Below, piece by piece: positions 25,451 to 39,730 of a DNA stretch of 64,000 bases. The DNA is from the human T2T-CHM13v2.0 reference genome, Homo sapiens: assembly GCF_009914755.1 (NCBI RefSeq), contig NC_060936.1; one strand, written 5' to 3'. Position 1 is the first letter of the stretch, and the number at the start of each line of letters is the position of its first letter. The position numbers and the translations under genes are program-made. The notes under the pieces were generated by a model, which saw nothing but the letters and a program-made list of their open reading frames with translations, ran no database searches and was not told the DNA's origin.

Positions 25451-25759
25451 TATGTTTAAGAGACAGACTCTGAACCAAATGTCCAAATTCTCAATGACTG
25501 GGAGTGTCCAAGAGACTCAAATTGCTATCACTTTTAGAAGTGCACCATGCCCTCACTGGGTGTCAAGAGCTTTGGAGAAAGAGTTTAAAATGAGTGTGAC
25601 TCCTTTGGAATTTTTAATAGAGGTTAAGAGGGCTTTATTCCATTGCATGGTTGAGGAAAGATGGAGAGAAAAAAAAATAGTCTTGTTTAAGATTTACAGA
25701 GAAGTGAGTGTAGAATAATAGAAAGATGAGAATACCGGGGAGAGGTGATCAAAAGAAAC

Positions 25760-26243
25760 TGATGCAGGACAGGCAAGCCCCCAAATTGGGGCTTAGCCTG
25801 TGAGGGTTCTTTGCTTCACTCAGAAAAAATTCAAGGATGAACCGGTGGTGTTAAACAGCAAGTTTTTTTCAAATGGCAGTGTACAGCAGCAACAGAAGCA
25901 CTGCTTTTTGCAGAGCAGTGCTACCCCATAGGCAGTGTGCCCAGAATAGCACCTCAGAGGCAGTGCTGTACTTATATTTGTACCCACTTTTAATTATATG
26001 CAAACTAACGGGAGGTTTATGCAGAAATTTATAGGATGATGGAGGTAACTTCCAGGTCATTGGGTCATTGCTACGGAAAGGGGCGGTAATTTCCAAGTGT
26101 TGCTGGGGCAATGGTCACCTGACATGGCACAGTGGTGGGCGTGTCTTATGGAAAGCCACTTCCGCACTGACCTGTTTTAGCTAGTCCTTAATTTTTGTCT
26201 GATGTCTGAGCCCTGCCTCTGAAGATTCCTGCCTCCTACCTCA
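25760..26243 (-). mobile_element. ERV1 solo LTR (MER66-like)
   Basis: Minus strand begins tgaggtaggaggcagg...ggactagctaaaacagg, with TATA-like gggtacaaatataag; 4-bp TSD AAAC at 25756-25759 and 26244-26247. Confidence 0.85.
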
Positions 26244-28113
26244 AAACCATACTTTGAAAATGGTCTTCATATTTCAGGAGCAAGAGTCATGGATATGGTT
26301 AACACAGTAATTTGATTGCAAATTAGCTTTGGGGCCAGAACTGGATGAGAATCTGCAGTGATACTGTTGTGACCTTCCTGCAGAATTTGTCTCTGTTGTA
26401 CTGGTTTGGATGGTTATCTTCCCAATGGAAACTGAAAGAGGGGAAAATTCTTATTGCATAGATGAAAGTAGTCTTAAATGTGTTCATCCCATAATATGGA
26501 TTAGATGGTGGATGAAGTGGTCAAGAAGTGATAATTTCCAGAAACAGACTATAATGACACTCAGGAAACCAGTGATATACAAAGTAACCATGCTGGAGAC
26601 AGCATCTGAAATATCTGGAACCTCAGGCAGGCTCTCCTTCTCCATAACATATTTGTAAGAAAAAGGAGTCTATTTAACCTCATGGGAGAAAATCTAAACT
26701 GGATAAATCTTTTCAAAAAAATCTCACCATGGCTTTTGTATTGCTAAACCCAGGACTGATTTTTAGGTGCAAAAAGATCCTTGGGATTTCCTGTCTCTGA
26801 GATAGACTAGGAATAGAGTCAGGTCATACCCTTTCTACCTATTGCTCACTTCCCCAGAAACCAGCCTGCAAAGCAGGAACAGCTTTCCATCCTTTGTTGC
26901 TCTTTTCAAAAGAGCATAGAATCACTTCTTTCCTTGAATATATAGAGCTTTGTATATATAAATGCAAGTAATCATTATTAAATATTTGTGAAACAGATAT
27001 AAAGATTCATCAGATCACTGTACATTCACATTTTGATGACCCAAGAAAGAAAGAATCTGGTGATAGATCAGTGGAATCTGCCATGAGCAAGTATCTGTGA
27101 TTGAATGAAACGTCCTAAATGAACACATCTATGTTCTGTGTCATTGAACAAAAGATTCAAAATACTCTGCAATGTTAAAAAATAATTAAACAAAAATGAT
27201 TTTGTAAGATTGCTTTTGAAGAGGCATTTGTTTGGGTTTGTAGTTTTCTTGGCTATTTATTCATTCATTTCTGGTAAACAATACTTTTAGATTCACTTTA
27301 ATGAAGTCAGTTGCTACAAACTTCACATTTCTCTCCTCTGAGATAATTTAATCAACAAATTATTTTCCCTGTGTTATATATTTCAGCCTGACAAAGAACA
27401 GAAAAGCAACACATGTTAATGTCATAACAAGTGAGGCTCTGCAGCTGAGTAGAATCTCATTCCCTGGCTCTCAAGGTGGAAGAGATAGGGTAGGGAGGCT
27501 ACAGTTGAATATAAGAAATGAAGTAAGTAAAAGCATAGCTGAGAAAACACTACAGCTCTCTCAGAGAAGAGGTCTCTGGTTATCAAGAAGATGACTTAAA
27601 AAAATGAAAAATAATCAAAATGCTGTTAAAACTGCGGTAAAAACAAGGATTGAAGAAAAGTGATAAAGGATAGAGGGTAATTCAAAGAATATTGAGAGGA
27701 ATATACTGAGTATAATGATTTAAAAACAGAACCATTACAATTGTGTTCTAGTCAGTTTTTCAGCTCATTTCTAAGACATAGCTTAGAACATTTTGGGATA
27801 GAAGAGGGAGATGGAAATATACATGCAAATAATAGCACTATACAGGAAATACGTTCTTAGCATCTGGACATTTACACATATAATTGATTGGAGGGGAATG
27901 ATTTGCAGAAACTTCAAGTTTCTGGGACAGTTCTCATTTTTAATATTTTGTTTCACTGATAAATTGTTTAATTGATCAATGTGTTAAGATTTTTCAGAAA
28001 AAAAGATTATCATAATTGTGATAGCTATACATTACTGCAATGGAGGAAAAGGAAAATGTTAGAGAACAACTGAAGAAACAAAGGCCAGATTATTTAAAGC
28101 TCACTCAGATTTC

Positions 28114-28582
28114 TGTAACACATAGCCATTCACAAAAGACCACGATATCTTTGGAGAAAAAAGGGAGAGTTTTATTTTCTATTAAACTCAGACTGAAGAC
28201 TGGGGAGATGCGTCATTCAGTGCACAAGGAGGTGGGGTTGGAGAGTCAGCGTTTATAGAGGCAAAAACCGCAGGGCAGGGAGAGGATTCTGAGGAACAGT
28301 CCTTAAGCCCCAAATCACTAGTCTCTCTTACATGGCTGGTTCCAGGTGGTCAGTACAATAGTGCCAGGTGTTCTGTTGGAGTCAGCTGGGGAATTTCCAG
28401 CTGCAGTTGTTTCCAGTAACTGTTCTTTGACTTGCTTGTAGAAAAACAGGTTTTGTAATACTTTCTAAAGACATAGAGAGTGTGACTGCTCCCTCACACT
28501 GCCTTGGTGTCTTGGGTCTGCTTTTACTCCCAGATGAGTCAGGGAGTTCATCTTGCCTGTTAACTGGGGGCATTGTTTGACA
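28114..28582 (-). mobile_element. ERV1 MER4-group solo LTR (MER67-like)
   Basis: TG...CA termini; minus strand tgtcaaacaatgcccccag...aagatgaactccc...gggagcagtcacactct; aataaa near the end; GC-richer than flanks; no clear TSD. Confidence 0.6.
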
Positions 28583-30169
28583 TAGCATAATTCTATTTTC
28601 CTTTTACCATCATCATTTAAAAACGTTTTAAAAAGTTGTTATGAAAATTTTCTAAGGACTTGAAATATATGTAGATGGTTCAGTTGAGTAAATGGCTACT
28701 TTTAACAAAATTAGCTGGCTTTCATTAATTCACCGAGTGTTGTCAGTCACAACAGGATATTTGCAATAAAAATATTGACATAATTGCTTAAACGATTGAC
28801 ATCACTAAATATGATAACTCTATACATTTGATGACAGAAGAACTGATTGGAAAAGACTGAGTTGGTTTCATTTTCTTTGTTCAGCAAGGCTAGCATTTAA
28901 TGTGCAAAATGAACACCTTTGCCAGGGGCCTATTTTTCCTTGTGAAAGAAACTCACAGTGACAATATGTGTTGCAAAGCTCATAAAAATCATCTAGCTGA
29001 TTTTTATAAGACCATATTAATCAATAATAGAAGATCAGGGTGGAATCTTTCCATCAGATTTTTCTATATTCTTTTGACATAGATTGAGTATTGAGTAGTT
29101 ATTAATATTTTATATTATGAAGTCCATCAATGTTTTGATAATAGTGATGGATCCTCTACTGAGGAAAAATAAATGTATCTGTGAAACATTTTTTACATTT
29201 CTTTGAGCCCATTCCTGGACTTCTTCGGGGTTCTTGAATGACAGGTTAAGAATTTTTATTATAGAGTAACATCTGAAATATTACCTTTTTGTGCTTATAA
29301 GTAAACTTCACTGTTAATTGTCTCTTCCTACCCTCATGAACTCCTCTTTCTTGATCTTCTTAGCAACAGATCTATTATTTTTGTTTATTAAATTTTAAAG
29401 CAGTCAATAAATGCGTTCAGGCATGAGAGATTCTAATGTCTAAGAATCCTCAAATAATAAGCACATGGATCTGAGCACTTCTTTAAGTGTCACTAAGTTA
29501 AACTTGTTTCAGATTTGTTTCAGATTCATCTTTCAAAAATACCATGAGTATTTATGTTTTGTGGAATCTAATCCATGGTTAACATCTGGTAGCATGACTT
29601 TTGAGGTCAAAAAAATCCTGGATATAAATCTAAATTCTCATGTACAAGACAAACAAGCACAATTACTATTTATTTTAACATGACTTTTAGCTTTTGGAAT
29701 AAGAGAGGTTAAAAAAAAACTGTTAAAAGAGTTTAGTTTATTTGGTTTAAAATAGCTTTATTGAGGTATAATTGACATACAATCAACTCATGTATTTAAG
29801 TGTACAATTTAATATTTTCTCATATGTATATACCCAATGAAACCACAACCACAATCACAATAATAAGCATATTTATTGCCTCTGAAAGTGTTACCATGCC
29901 CTTTTGTAATATATCCCTCTACCTCCACCTGCATCATCACCAGGCAATTGCAGATTTGATTTCTATCATTATAGATTCGTTGATATTTTGTAGAATTTTT
30001 AGTAAATGAAATGATAATGTGCGCATTTTATTTTTTTGTCACTCTGCAAAATTATTTTAGAATTCACCCACGATTTCATTTATATAAATTGTTCATCTGT
30101 TTTTTATTATTGTGTGGTAATCCATTGTCTGGCTACATCAGAACATATTTATCCACTCACCCGTTGATG

Positions 30170-30825
30170 TGTAATAAAGCACAGGCTCAGCGGCTCGCAG
30201 CTTGAAAAGCTAATGACAAGGATGAAGTTCCATGAAAGGAAAGTGACTTTGTTTTCCAAAGCTAGCAGTGAGGAGGAAGCTGGATTACACCTCTAGAAAC
30301 TGCTTCAAAAGGTTAGACTGAGGGCAGGTGTTTAAAAAAAGAAGGCTTGATAGGAGAGGCATGCAGGAGATTTGCAGGATTCAGGGGCCATGTGTCTTGT
30401 TCCAACACCTATCTTAAGTTATGGTCACCCTGGAGCAACGGGCTGATACCATCTCGACAGCATCTGGATTGTAGATTATACATCTTGGGGCAATCTTTAA
30501 GAGGGGGAGAGTTCCACAGCTGGGCCTTTATGCTTGGTTCATTTTAAATTGGCCTCTGGAACTTAACAAGCATATAGTGAGATAAGTGTGCATGGTGTGA
30601 GTTTAACAAGCATACAATTAGATGAATGTGCATAAGACAAGAGAGCATAAGGTAGAAAGGGAAGGGAGTAGAATTTTGAAGTACATTTCAAGGCTATATT
30701 AAAGACTAAGGAAAAGGCTTCTGCAGGTTCCTTCAAGTTTACATCTTGAGATTGGGGAAAAAGGAGAAAAATGAGAAAGGAAAAATTAAAAAAAATTTTT
30801 TTTGAAGCTAAATTACTTGGTTACA
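30170..30825 (-). mobile_element. ERV1 MER4-group solo LTR inserted in L1
   Basis: TG...CA termini (tgtaataaag...ttggttaca); splits the L1 motif ccgttgatg|gacat; internal repeat ttaacaagcata...tgtgcat x2. Confidence 0.75.
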
Positions 30826-32549
30826 ATTGGACATATGGGCTGTTTCCTATTTGGACTATTACAAATAAGCTACTATGAACATTCATTTACAAGTCTGTTT
30901 GTGTACATATGGTTTCATTGATCATGAAGTAAATACCTCAGAGTACAATGTCTGGATAATATAATAAGTGTATGGTTAACTTAAAAAAAAAAAACCTGCC
31001 AAACTGCTTTCCAAAGTGCCAGTACCATTTTACATTTCCAATATCAATGTGTGTCCTGGTTGCTCCACAAGTTTATTAACATTTGGTATGATCAGTCTTT
31101 TCCATTTCATATATTCTAATAGGTGTTTCATAGTATATCAACATTGTTTTAATTTGTACTTTCCTAATGAGTGGTGATGAATATTTTTTCATGTGTTTGT
31201 TATGTTTGTCATCTGTTTATCTTTTTGGTGAGTTTCTTTTCAAGGCTTTCTCTAGTTTTGATAATGTATTTGTTTATTTTCATCTTACTGAGTTTTGAGA
31301 GTTCTTTATATATTCTGAATATAAACCGATTTTCACATATGTGATTAACAAATATTTTCTCCCAGTCTGTGCTTATATTTTCATTCTTTAATTAACATTG
31401 TTTTTGAAGAGCAACATTTTTAATTTTGGGAAAGTCAAGTTTGTCAATTTTTACTTTAATGAGTCATGTTTTTGCTAATATATTTATAAAATTTTTACTT
31501 CACCAAAGGTCACAAAGATTTTCCTCTATGATTACTTCCAAAATGTTTATAGTTTTAGATTTTACTTTCAGTCTGTGATCCATTTTAAGTTACCTTTTGT
31601 ATATGATGAAGGTCATGGAACAAAATTTATTTTTCATATTTATTCCAGCACACTTGTTGAAAATGCTCTCCTTTATCTATTACATTGCTTTCGAAATTTT
31701 GTGGAAAATCAATTGATTGTATGGATGTGGGTCTATTTATGTACTCTATTGTATTCCTTTAATCTACTTCTCTGTCTGGATGCAAATAACATACTATTTT
31801 GATTACTGTAATTTTATTATAAATCTTGAAATCAGGTAGTATTAGTGTCTTAGCTTTACTTTCTTATCAGAGTTGTTTTGGCTATTCTAGGCGCTCTGCA
31901 TTTCCAGATAAATGTTAGAATCAGTTTATAAAGTTTTACCAAAAAATCCTGCTGGTATTTTAACTTGACTGTTTTGAATCTATACTTTGTTTTTAGAAAA
32001 GTTAACATCCTCATAATAGTGAGCCTTCCAATTTGCGAACACTGTGTTTCTTCCCATTTTTCCAGGTCTTCTTTAATTCCTCTCAACAGTATTTTGTAGT
32101 TTTTAGTATGTAGTTCTTCCACATCTTTTGTTAGTTTTATTCCTGTGTACTTTATAGTTTTGATTCTATTTTCCAAAAATATTATTTCTTTTTTATTTTA
32201 GTTTTCAATTGTTTGTTGTTAGTATATATAAATACAATTTTTTTATGTTGTTCTTATGTCCTCCAAACCTGCTAAACTCACTCATAATTGTGGCAGCATT
32301 TTTGTAGGTTCCATTAGATTTTCTACACAGACAATTATGTTAATTGCAAAGAGAGCTTAACTTATCTCTTTCCAATCTGGATGCCTTTTATTTCCATTTC
32401 ATGTAATATTGCAAAATGGCTAGAAACTCTGCTACAATTTGAATATAAGTGATAAAGGCAGACATCTTCACCTTCTCCTGGTCTTAGGGGAAAATCACCC
32501 AGTATTTCAACATAAAAATGTTATTAGTTTTAGGCTTTTCATAGATGCC

Positions 32550-32989
32550 TGTGGTAGACTGAATAATGCTCCTCCACTTCCCCACAAGTGTCCATGTCCT
32601 AATTCTTGGCACCTATGACTATGTTACCCTACATAACAAAAGGGAATTTACAGATGTGACTAACTTAAGGATTTTGAGTTGGGAAGATTATAATGCATTA
32701 TCAAGTTAGGTGTAATATAATCAGAGGCCTTTTTAAGTAGGAAGGAGTAGTGGTGTAGTTAGAGAATGAAATGTGATGATGGAAGAAGTACTAAGAGATC
32801 ATAAGCCAAGGAGTGAGGGAACCCTCTAAAGCCTGGGAAAGGTAAGAAAATGGACTTTTCCCTGGAACCTCTAGAAGGAACACAGCCCTGCCCACCTCTT
32901 TTAAACTTTGGGCCTCCAGAACTGTGAATTTGTGTTATTCTAAGCCACTAAATTTTTGGTATGTTATGGTAGCAGAAGAAATGAATACG
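32550..32989 (+). mobile_element. MLT1D-like solo LTR inserted in L1
   Basis: tgtggtagactgaataatg...aaatgaatacg; TSD ATGCC at 32545-32549 and 32990-32994. Confidence 0.88.
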
Positions 32990-33549
32990 ATGCCTTTTAT
33001 CAGGTTGAGGAAGTTCTCTTGTATCTCTAGTTTGCTGACAGCTTTTATAGAAATTGCTATGAGATTTTGTCAAATGCTTTGTCTGCATCTATTGAGATAA
33101 TTATATAATTTTCCTTTTTATTTTTTTAATATGGTGAAGTATGTTGATTAATGTCCAATGTTAAGTCAAACATGCATTTATAGGATTGATCCTGTTTGGT
33201 CATGGGTTATTTAGAGTTCTGTTGTTTAGTTCATAATATCTTGAGATTTTCTAAGTAACTTTCTGTAATTAACTTCAAATGTAATACAATTGTGGTCAGA
33301 GAACATACTTTGACTTGAGTCATTTTAAACTTGTTGAGACCTCCTTTATGACTCAGAATAGGAGTTAGCTTCCATGTGCACTTAAAAAGAGTATGTATTA
33401 CGCTCTTGTTGGCTGTAGTGTTCTGTAAATTTCAATGGGTAATGTTATTCAAGTCTTGATAATTGCTTGATAATGTTATTCAAGTCTTCTACATCATTGG
33501 TAATTATCTCTCTACTTGTTTAATTACTGAGAATGAGGTGTTAAAATTA

Positions 33550-34586
33550 CAGAGATTTCTTGTCTTACAGTCCTGGAGGCCAGAAGTCTTAAACTAAGAT
33601 GTCAGAAATGCTACATTCTCTTGTAATGTGCTAGAGAAGAAACTGTTCCTTGCTAGCTTCTGGTAGCCTCAGGCACTCCTTGGTTTGCACATGTATCACT
33701 CTGTCCTCATTTTCAGATGACATTCTCCCTGTATCTTCACATCATCTTTCCTCTGTGTTTGTCTGTGCCTTCATCCAAATTTCCTTCTTTAAGAAGGCCA
33801 CCCATCATTTTGGATGAAGGTTTACCCAAATGGCTTCATTTTCACTTGATTACCTCTCAAAGAACCTATTTCCAAATAAGATCACATTTTGAGGTACTGG
33901 GAGTTAGGACTTCAATATATGGTAGTCCTCTCTTGTCCATGGTTTTGCTTTCCATGGTTTCAGCTATCCACAGTCAACCATGGTTCCAAAATAGTACATG
34001 GGAAATTCCAGAAATAAACAATTCATAAATTTTAAATTGTGCTCTGCTCTGAGTAGCATGATGAAATGTCATGCTGTCCAAATCCGTCTGACCCAGGTAA
34101 TGAATCATCCACACCATCTAAGCTACCCAAATCACTTAGTAGCCTGCCTGGTTATCGGATTCACTGTCCTGGATCACAGTGTTTGTGTTCAAGTAACCCC
34201 TTATTTGACTTAATAATTGCTCCAAACTCAAGTAGTGATGCTGGCAATTTGCATATGCCAAAAAGAAGCTCTAAACTGCTTTAAGTGAAAAGGTAAAAGT
34301 TCTTGACTTAAGGAAAGAAAACATTTTATGCGGAAGTTGCTAAGGTCTATGAAAAGAACCAATCATGTATCCATGAAATTGTGAAGAGGAGAAAAGAAAT
34401 TTGTGATAGTTTCTTTGCGGTTGCACTGCTAACTGCACAAGTTATAGCCACAGTGCATGATAAGTGTTTATATAGGCCTTGGTACTATCAGTGGCTTCAG
34501 GCAACTATGGCAGGTCTTGGAGTATATCCCCTGAGGATAACGGGAGCTGCTGTATCTTTTTGGAAGGACACAGTTCAACTCATAAG
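33550..34586 (-). mobile_element. MLT1C-like LTR split by MER44
   Basis: ttacagtcctggaggccagaagtc...gaggtactgggagttaggacttcaatata | tctttttggaaggacacagttcaactcataa. Confidence 0.8.
33920..34552 (+). mobile_element. MER44 (Tigger7-derived TcMar) DNA transposon
   Basis: TIR-like ends tggtagtcctctcttgtcc / ggataacgggagctgctg; TA TSD at 33918-33919 and 34553-34554. Confidence 0.87.
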
Positions 34587-35223
34587 GTGTGTCATGCTTT
34601 TTTTTTTTTTAAATTCCAATCTGACAATTTACCTTTTATTTAATTATGATTTGACCATTCACAATGTGATGATTGATATGATTGAGTTTAAATCTATAAT
34701 TTTGCTGTGTGTTTTCTACTTATTCCATGTGTTTTTCCCCCAAGTATCTGCATTCCTTTGAATTAATCTAGTATCAACTAATTATTTTTATCTTCTTTGT
34801 TGTCTGGTTATTTACAACTCTTTGTTGTGTTATTTAATGAGTGCTCTATGGCTCATCTTTCATTTAGTATAGCTTACTTTTAACTAGTAAAAGCCTTATA
34901 GTATATTTCCATTTCCCTCCTCTGGGTCTTTGTGTTATTGCTATCATATGCTTTAATCTTCATTTATTAGAAACCCCACACTATGTTGTTACTATTTTAG
35001 ATTTAAACAGTTGATTATCTTTTAAAGTAATTTACATAATAAAAAGTATCTTATATTTGTTTATGTATTTATTCTGTATTCCTTTCTGTAGATCAATATT
35101 TTATTTATAAGAAATTAATTTGATAAATAAGGTATCTCTGGCCAACTAGTAATAAGAATTATAAAATAGAATATATCTCTCAGGCCTATGTGTAGCATTA
35201 TTATATTTTAATATCAATATTTA

Positions 35224-35460
<237 letters not shown>

Positions 35461-37370
35461 ATTATTATAGTCAATTAATAACAATGAAAGCTAATAACAA
35501 CTTAGGAATGTAAATTTAATTTATTAAGAAAGTTTTTTGGATTAATTCTATTACATTAGGCCAGGGCTTTACAATCATTTTCATATAAGGACACATAGAG
35601 AATATGGTTATATCAGTGTGACATACTGAAGTAAATTTGATGAAGTTGCTTGATGTCTAAGGTCTGACTACCTCAGCTCTTCAAAATCCCCCAACAGGAA
35701 TAAATGTCAACATCTTAGACCCACTGAGAAACTCCACATTAAGTGACAATACTTTATTGCGGTTATTCCAATGACCACCAGTCTTATTTCAGCTCTATAT
35801 AACATGTCCTTACCATTTCCTGTCATGTTGTATGGTAAGGAACTACAACAAGGTCTAATCTGTGACACACTTTTATTTAACTTGGCAGGTTTGATTCTCT
35901 AACCATCAATACCATGAAAAGTAGTAAGCAAACATAAATAAGGACCAAAGGAAGAAAATAAACTATTTGTCATCGGCTCACTACCTGATAGTTTCTGAGA
36001 CTCACATGTATTTTTATGTCCATAATTATACCTGGCAAAAAATACATGTATAGCTGAAAAAGAATAAGCATTCCAAGCCTAATATTGTCTTTTCCCACCC
36101 CTCAATTCGTTGAAAGCAAAAAAATTATATTTCTAAAAGAAGCAGAACAAAATAATATGGTATCACTGGATAACCACATCTGAAAAGAAGACTGGAAATA
36201 TTTAATAGATAAATGTGCCTAACTTTTATGTTTAGGTTGAACAAATTTTCCTGAGACTTTAGACCTCTTAGTAATATTGGGCAATGGTTCCAGTTGCTGG
36301 ATTTAAATTGTAGCTCATTATTTCTCCTCTGAACTTTTTATAAGACTTTATCTAAAGACTCAATAGCCATTGTTGGCAAAGACTTGTGCTCCTTGCAGAG
36401 AAGTGAAGTGCTTTCATCAACAATAATGTCAGAGAGGATATTAGTCTTCCTTCTCTAAATTCATTCCATTACAGTTTCCTAAAAGTGATAAAAATAAAGC
36501 ATGATGCTTGGGTTTGCATAATGAAGCTGTTGTGTTTGAATGCTGAGACTAACCAGAATGTTGTTGAGAGAAAACTTAAACTAGTAAATCATTGGCCTCT
36601 ATTCCAAGTGTAAACTCCTTCTTAAATGAAAAAGAGAAATGGTTGAGCTTAGGTAGCATTCTTTTCTTTTTTCTTTTTTATTTTGAAGACTAATCTTTCT
36701 TGCACCAGATTTGACTTCTCAGCATCGATTTTAGTGCCAGCCGTCTGTCAGTTTTCAATTAACCCTATAAAATTATTTATTTCAGTGATATGTAATTTAT
36801 GTAATTTTTTGGACTGGATATAAAAATCAGCACTTGAATCCTATGTAATTGAATCCTAAAAATGAGAAGATTATTCTTTGAGTAAATATTTATTTTAATG
36901 CTACATGTTATAATTTCAAAATGGAAGACATTGAGTCCAACAAGTGAAGGGCCTATGCACAATTGCATCTAGTACAGGAGTCTCTAATCTCTGCCTTTTA
37001 ATAGTTTTTCTAATAATTAGTCTTAAAATCTTAGTAATAATTCAGTTCTTTTTTTTTAACTGAAGCACAAATTGTTTTATTCAAACATTTTTCAGTTCTT
37101 TTTTTAGTTGTTGATTAAATGTTCACTTATTAAGTATCTACCATGTAGCTTGCCTTTTGCTAGATGACAAAACTGGTGAAGAATCACAGTCTCTGCTCTC
37201 TAGAAGTTTTTGATTTAGTTAATCCTGGATATTGAAATCTCTAATTATGATTCTATATTAAGCATTCTCATAAAGGAAATAAATGAACTATGTGAATGAA
37301 GTTTAGAATCATAATGTTGAGTGAAAAAACAAATTTCATGAGATTACTTAAACTATCAAAATATTTTTAT

Positions 37371-37673
37371 TTTATTTTATTTTTTTTAATTTGTGAGACA
37401 GGGTCTCATTCTGTTGCCCATGCCGAGTGCAGTGGTGCAGTCATGGCTCACTGCAGCCTCAACCTTCTGAGCTCAAGCAATCCTCCCACCTCAGCCTCCC
37501 ACGTAGCCAGGCTTCAGGTACGCACCACCTTTCCCAGCTAATTTTGTATTTTTTATAGAGACAGGGTCTTGCCATGTTGCTCATACTGGTTTTGAACTCC
37601 TGGCCTCAAGCGATCCTCCCACTTTGGCCTCCCGATGTGCTGGAATTACAGATGTGAGCCCTTGTGCCTGCTG
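37371..37673 (-). mobile_element. AluJ
   Basis: Antisense dimeric Alu; TSD aaaatatttttat at 37358-37370 and 37674-37686. Confidence 0.93.
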
Positions 37674-38139
37674 AAAATATTTTTATGAAGCTCAAAAATA
37701 ACAATAAAATAATAATGATGATGATGATGGAAACTTTAGGTAATCACAAAAAACTCAGGATAATAGTTATCACTTGGGATGGAGCTAAAGGGAAAGAGAT
37801 CAGAGAGAAACACCAGCTGGGTGTAACAGTATTGGTTTGATAAAATGGGTAGCAGAATCAAGTGTGTTTATTTTATTATTATAAGTTATAGCTTAATTAT
37901 GTATTGTGTGTGTGTGTTTTTTTGTTTAATGGTTTCACTTTTTATTGGTGGAAAATTTCAATTATACAAAAGTAGACTACTATAATATACCTCATATTTC
38001 TATCACCCAAGTTCAAAGAGCATCAGTTTATGGGCAATTTCATTTAATCTAATACCCCATCCATTTTATTCCCCTGCTAATTTATTTTTTTATTCAGGAT
38101 TCAAATAAGGAGTGACCTTTATTTAATTTCTAGATTCCT

Positions 38140-39730
38140 TTTTATATTTTAATAGACTGTTTTTTATAACAGTTTTATGTTCATGGCAAAATTGAGCAGA
38201 AGGTACTGAGATTTCCCACATACTCCCCACCCAACATATGCATGTCTTCTCCCAGGATAATGTATTATTTCTTTTTTGCACTGAATAATATTTCATTATT
38301 TGGATGTGCCATTGTTTATTTATCGAATCACTTACTGAAGGACATCTTGGTTGCTTATAAGTTTTGGCAATTATGAATAAAACTCCTATAAACATCTGCG
38401 TGCAGGCTTTGTGTGAACATAAGTTGTTAATCACTTTGAGTAAATAGCATGGAGTGTAATTATTGGTTCATATGGTAAGAGTATGTTCGGTTTTGTAAGA
38501 AACTACCAAACTGACTTTCAAAGTGGCTGTATCATTTTGCATTCCCACCAGCAACGAATGAGAGTTCCTGTTGTTCCACATCATTGCTAGCATCTGGTAT
38601 TGTCAGTATTCTGGATTTTGGCCATTCTAATAGATGTGCAATGTATCTCACTGTTTTAATTTGCATTTCCCTGATGACATATGATAGGGAGCATCTTTTC
38701 ATATGCTTATGTGCCTTCTGTATATCTTTCCTGTTGAGGTATCTCAAGGTTTTTGGCACATTTTTTAATCAAATTGTTTTCTTATTGTTGAATTTTAATA
38801 ATTCTTTGTATATTTTAATAACAATGCTTTATCAGCTATATATGTTGCAAATATCTTCTTTCAGTCTGTTGTTTGCCTTTCATTCTTTTGATAGTGTCTT
38901 TTCCAGAGCAGAAATTTTTAATTTTAACAAAGTCCAGTGTATTAATTATTTGTTTCATGGATTGTGCCTGTGTTGTTGTATTTTAGAAAATCATCTCCAA
39001 ACCCAAGGTCATCTTGATTTTTTTCTTAATTATCTTCTAGGAGTTTTCCGATTTTGCATTTTACACTTAGATGTGTTATTCATCTTGAGTTAAATTTTGT
39101 GAAGGGTGTAAAGTCTAAGTGCAGATTCAGTTTTTTTTTTTTTTTTTTTTTTTTTTTTGCAGGTGGATGTCCAGTCATTCAAGTCCCATTTGTTAAATAG
39201 ATTATCTTTTCTCCATTGTACTGCCTTTGCTCCTTTGTCAAAGATCAGTTGACTGTATCTAATTTCTCAGGTTGGTTAGGCTCTGGTAAAGCCTCAGCAT
39301 GTTAGGCTCTGGTTAAATAATTCCCCCTGCCTGATATTCACTATGAGCATCTTTTCACACTCTTGTAGGTAAAAGTCACAAAAGGTAGGGTCACACCTAT
39401 GACTGGGTCCCCCTGGAGTTTTCTCTCTCAGATCTATCCACACTAAGCCTCCAGCAATTCATCAATTACAGTTCAGGTTTCCCCACTTTTGCACTGGTTT
39501 CTGAGGAGGTTTGTGTTCATGGGTTCCTGTTTTGATGTGTTGTAACTCTCTCTATTTGCCTGTTGGCCTTTCAATTTTTGGGGGCAGCAGTTTGCCTTAT
39601 GACCTCATTTCTCTGAATATTCTCAGAAAGTTTGTTGATTTTTCAATTTGCTCAGCTTTTCACTTGTTGTGAGACAGTGGTGACTTCCAGCTTCTTACAT
39701 TCCAAGGCCAGAAAATGGAGGTTCCTTTTT
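38140..39730 (-). mobile_element. L1MC1/2-like fragment(s) with internal T28 run (39131-39158)
   Basis: 3' end aaaattgagcagaaggtactgagatttccca; ORF2 C-terminal peptides (38123-38434, 38532-38759); 39260-39730 resembles an L1M 5' region. Confidence 0.78.

Larger units (their letters stand above)
29745..35100 (-). mobile_element. Old L1 (L1MB7/8- or L1MC-like), host to a nested stack of LTRs and MER44
   Basis: 3' end aatagctttattgaggtataattgacatac; ORF2 peptide at 31856-32176 (IKYTGIKLTKDVEEL...FIWKCRAPRIAKT). Confidence 0.8.

Noticed and set aside
38584-39093. 169-aa hydrophobic ORF
   Set aside because: Antisense reading of T-rich L1 ORF2 sequence
39131-39158. T28 run as the tail of a separate retro-insertion
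   Set aside because: L1 sequence is continuous on both sides and no TSD is present; simple homopolymer expansion
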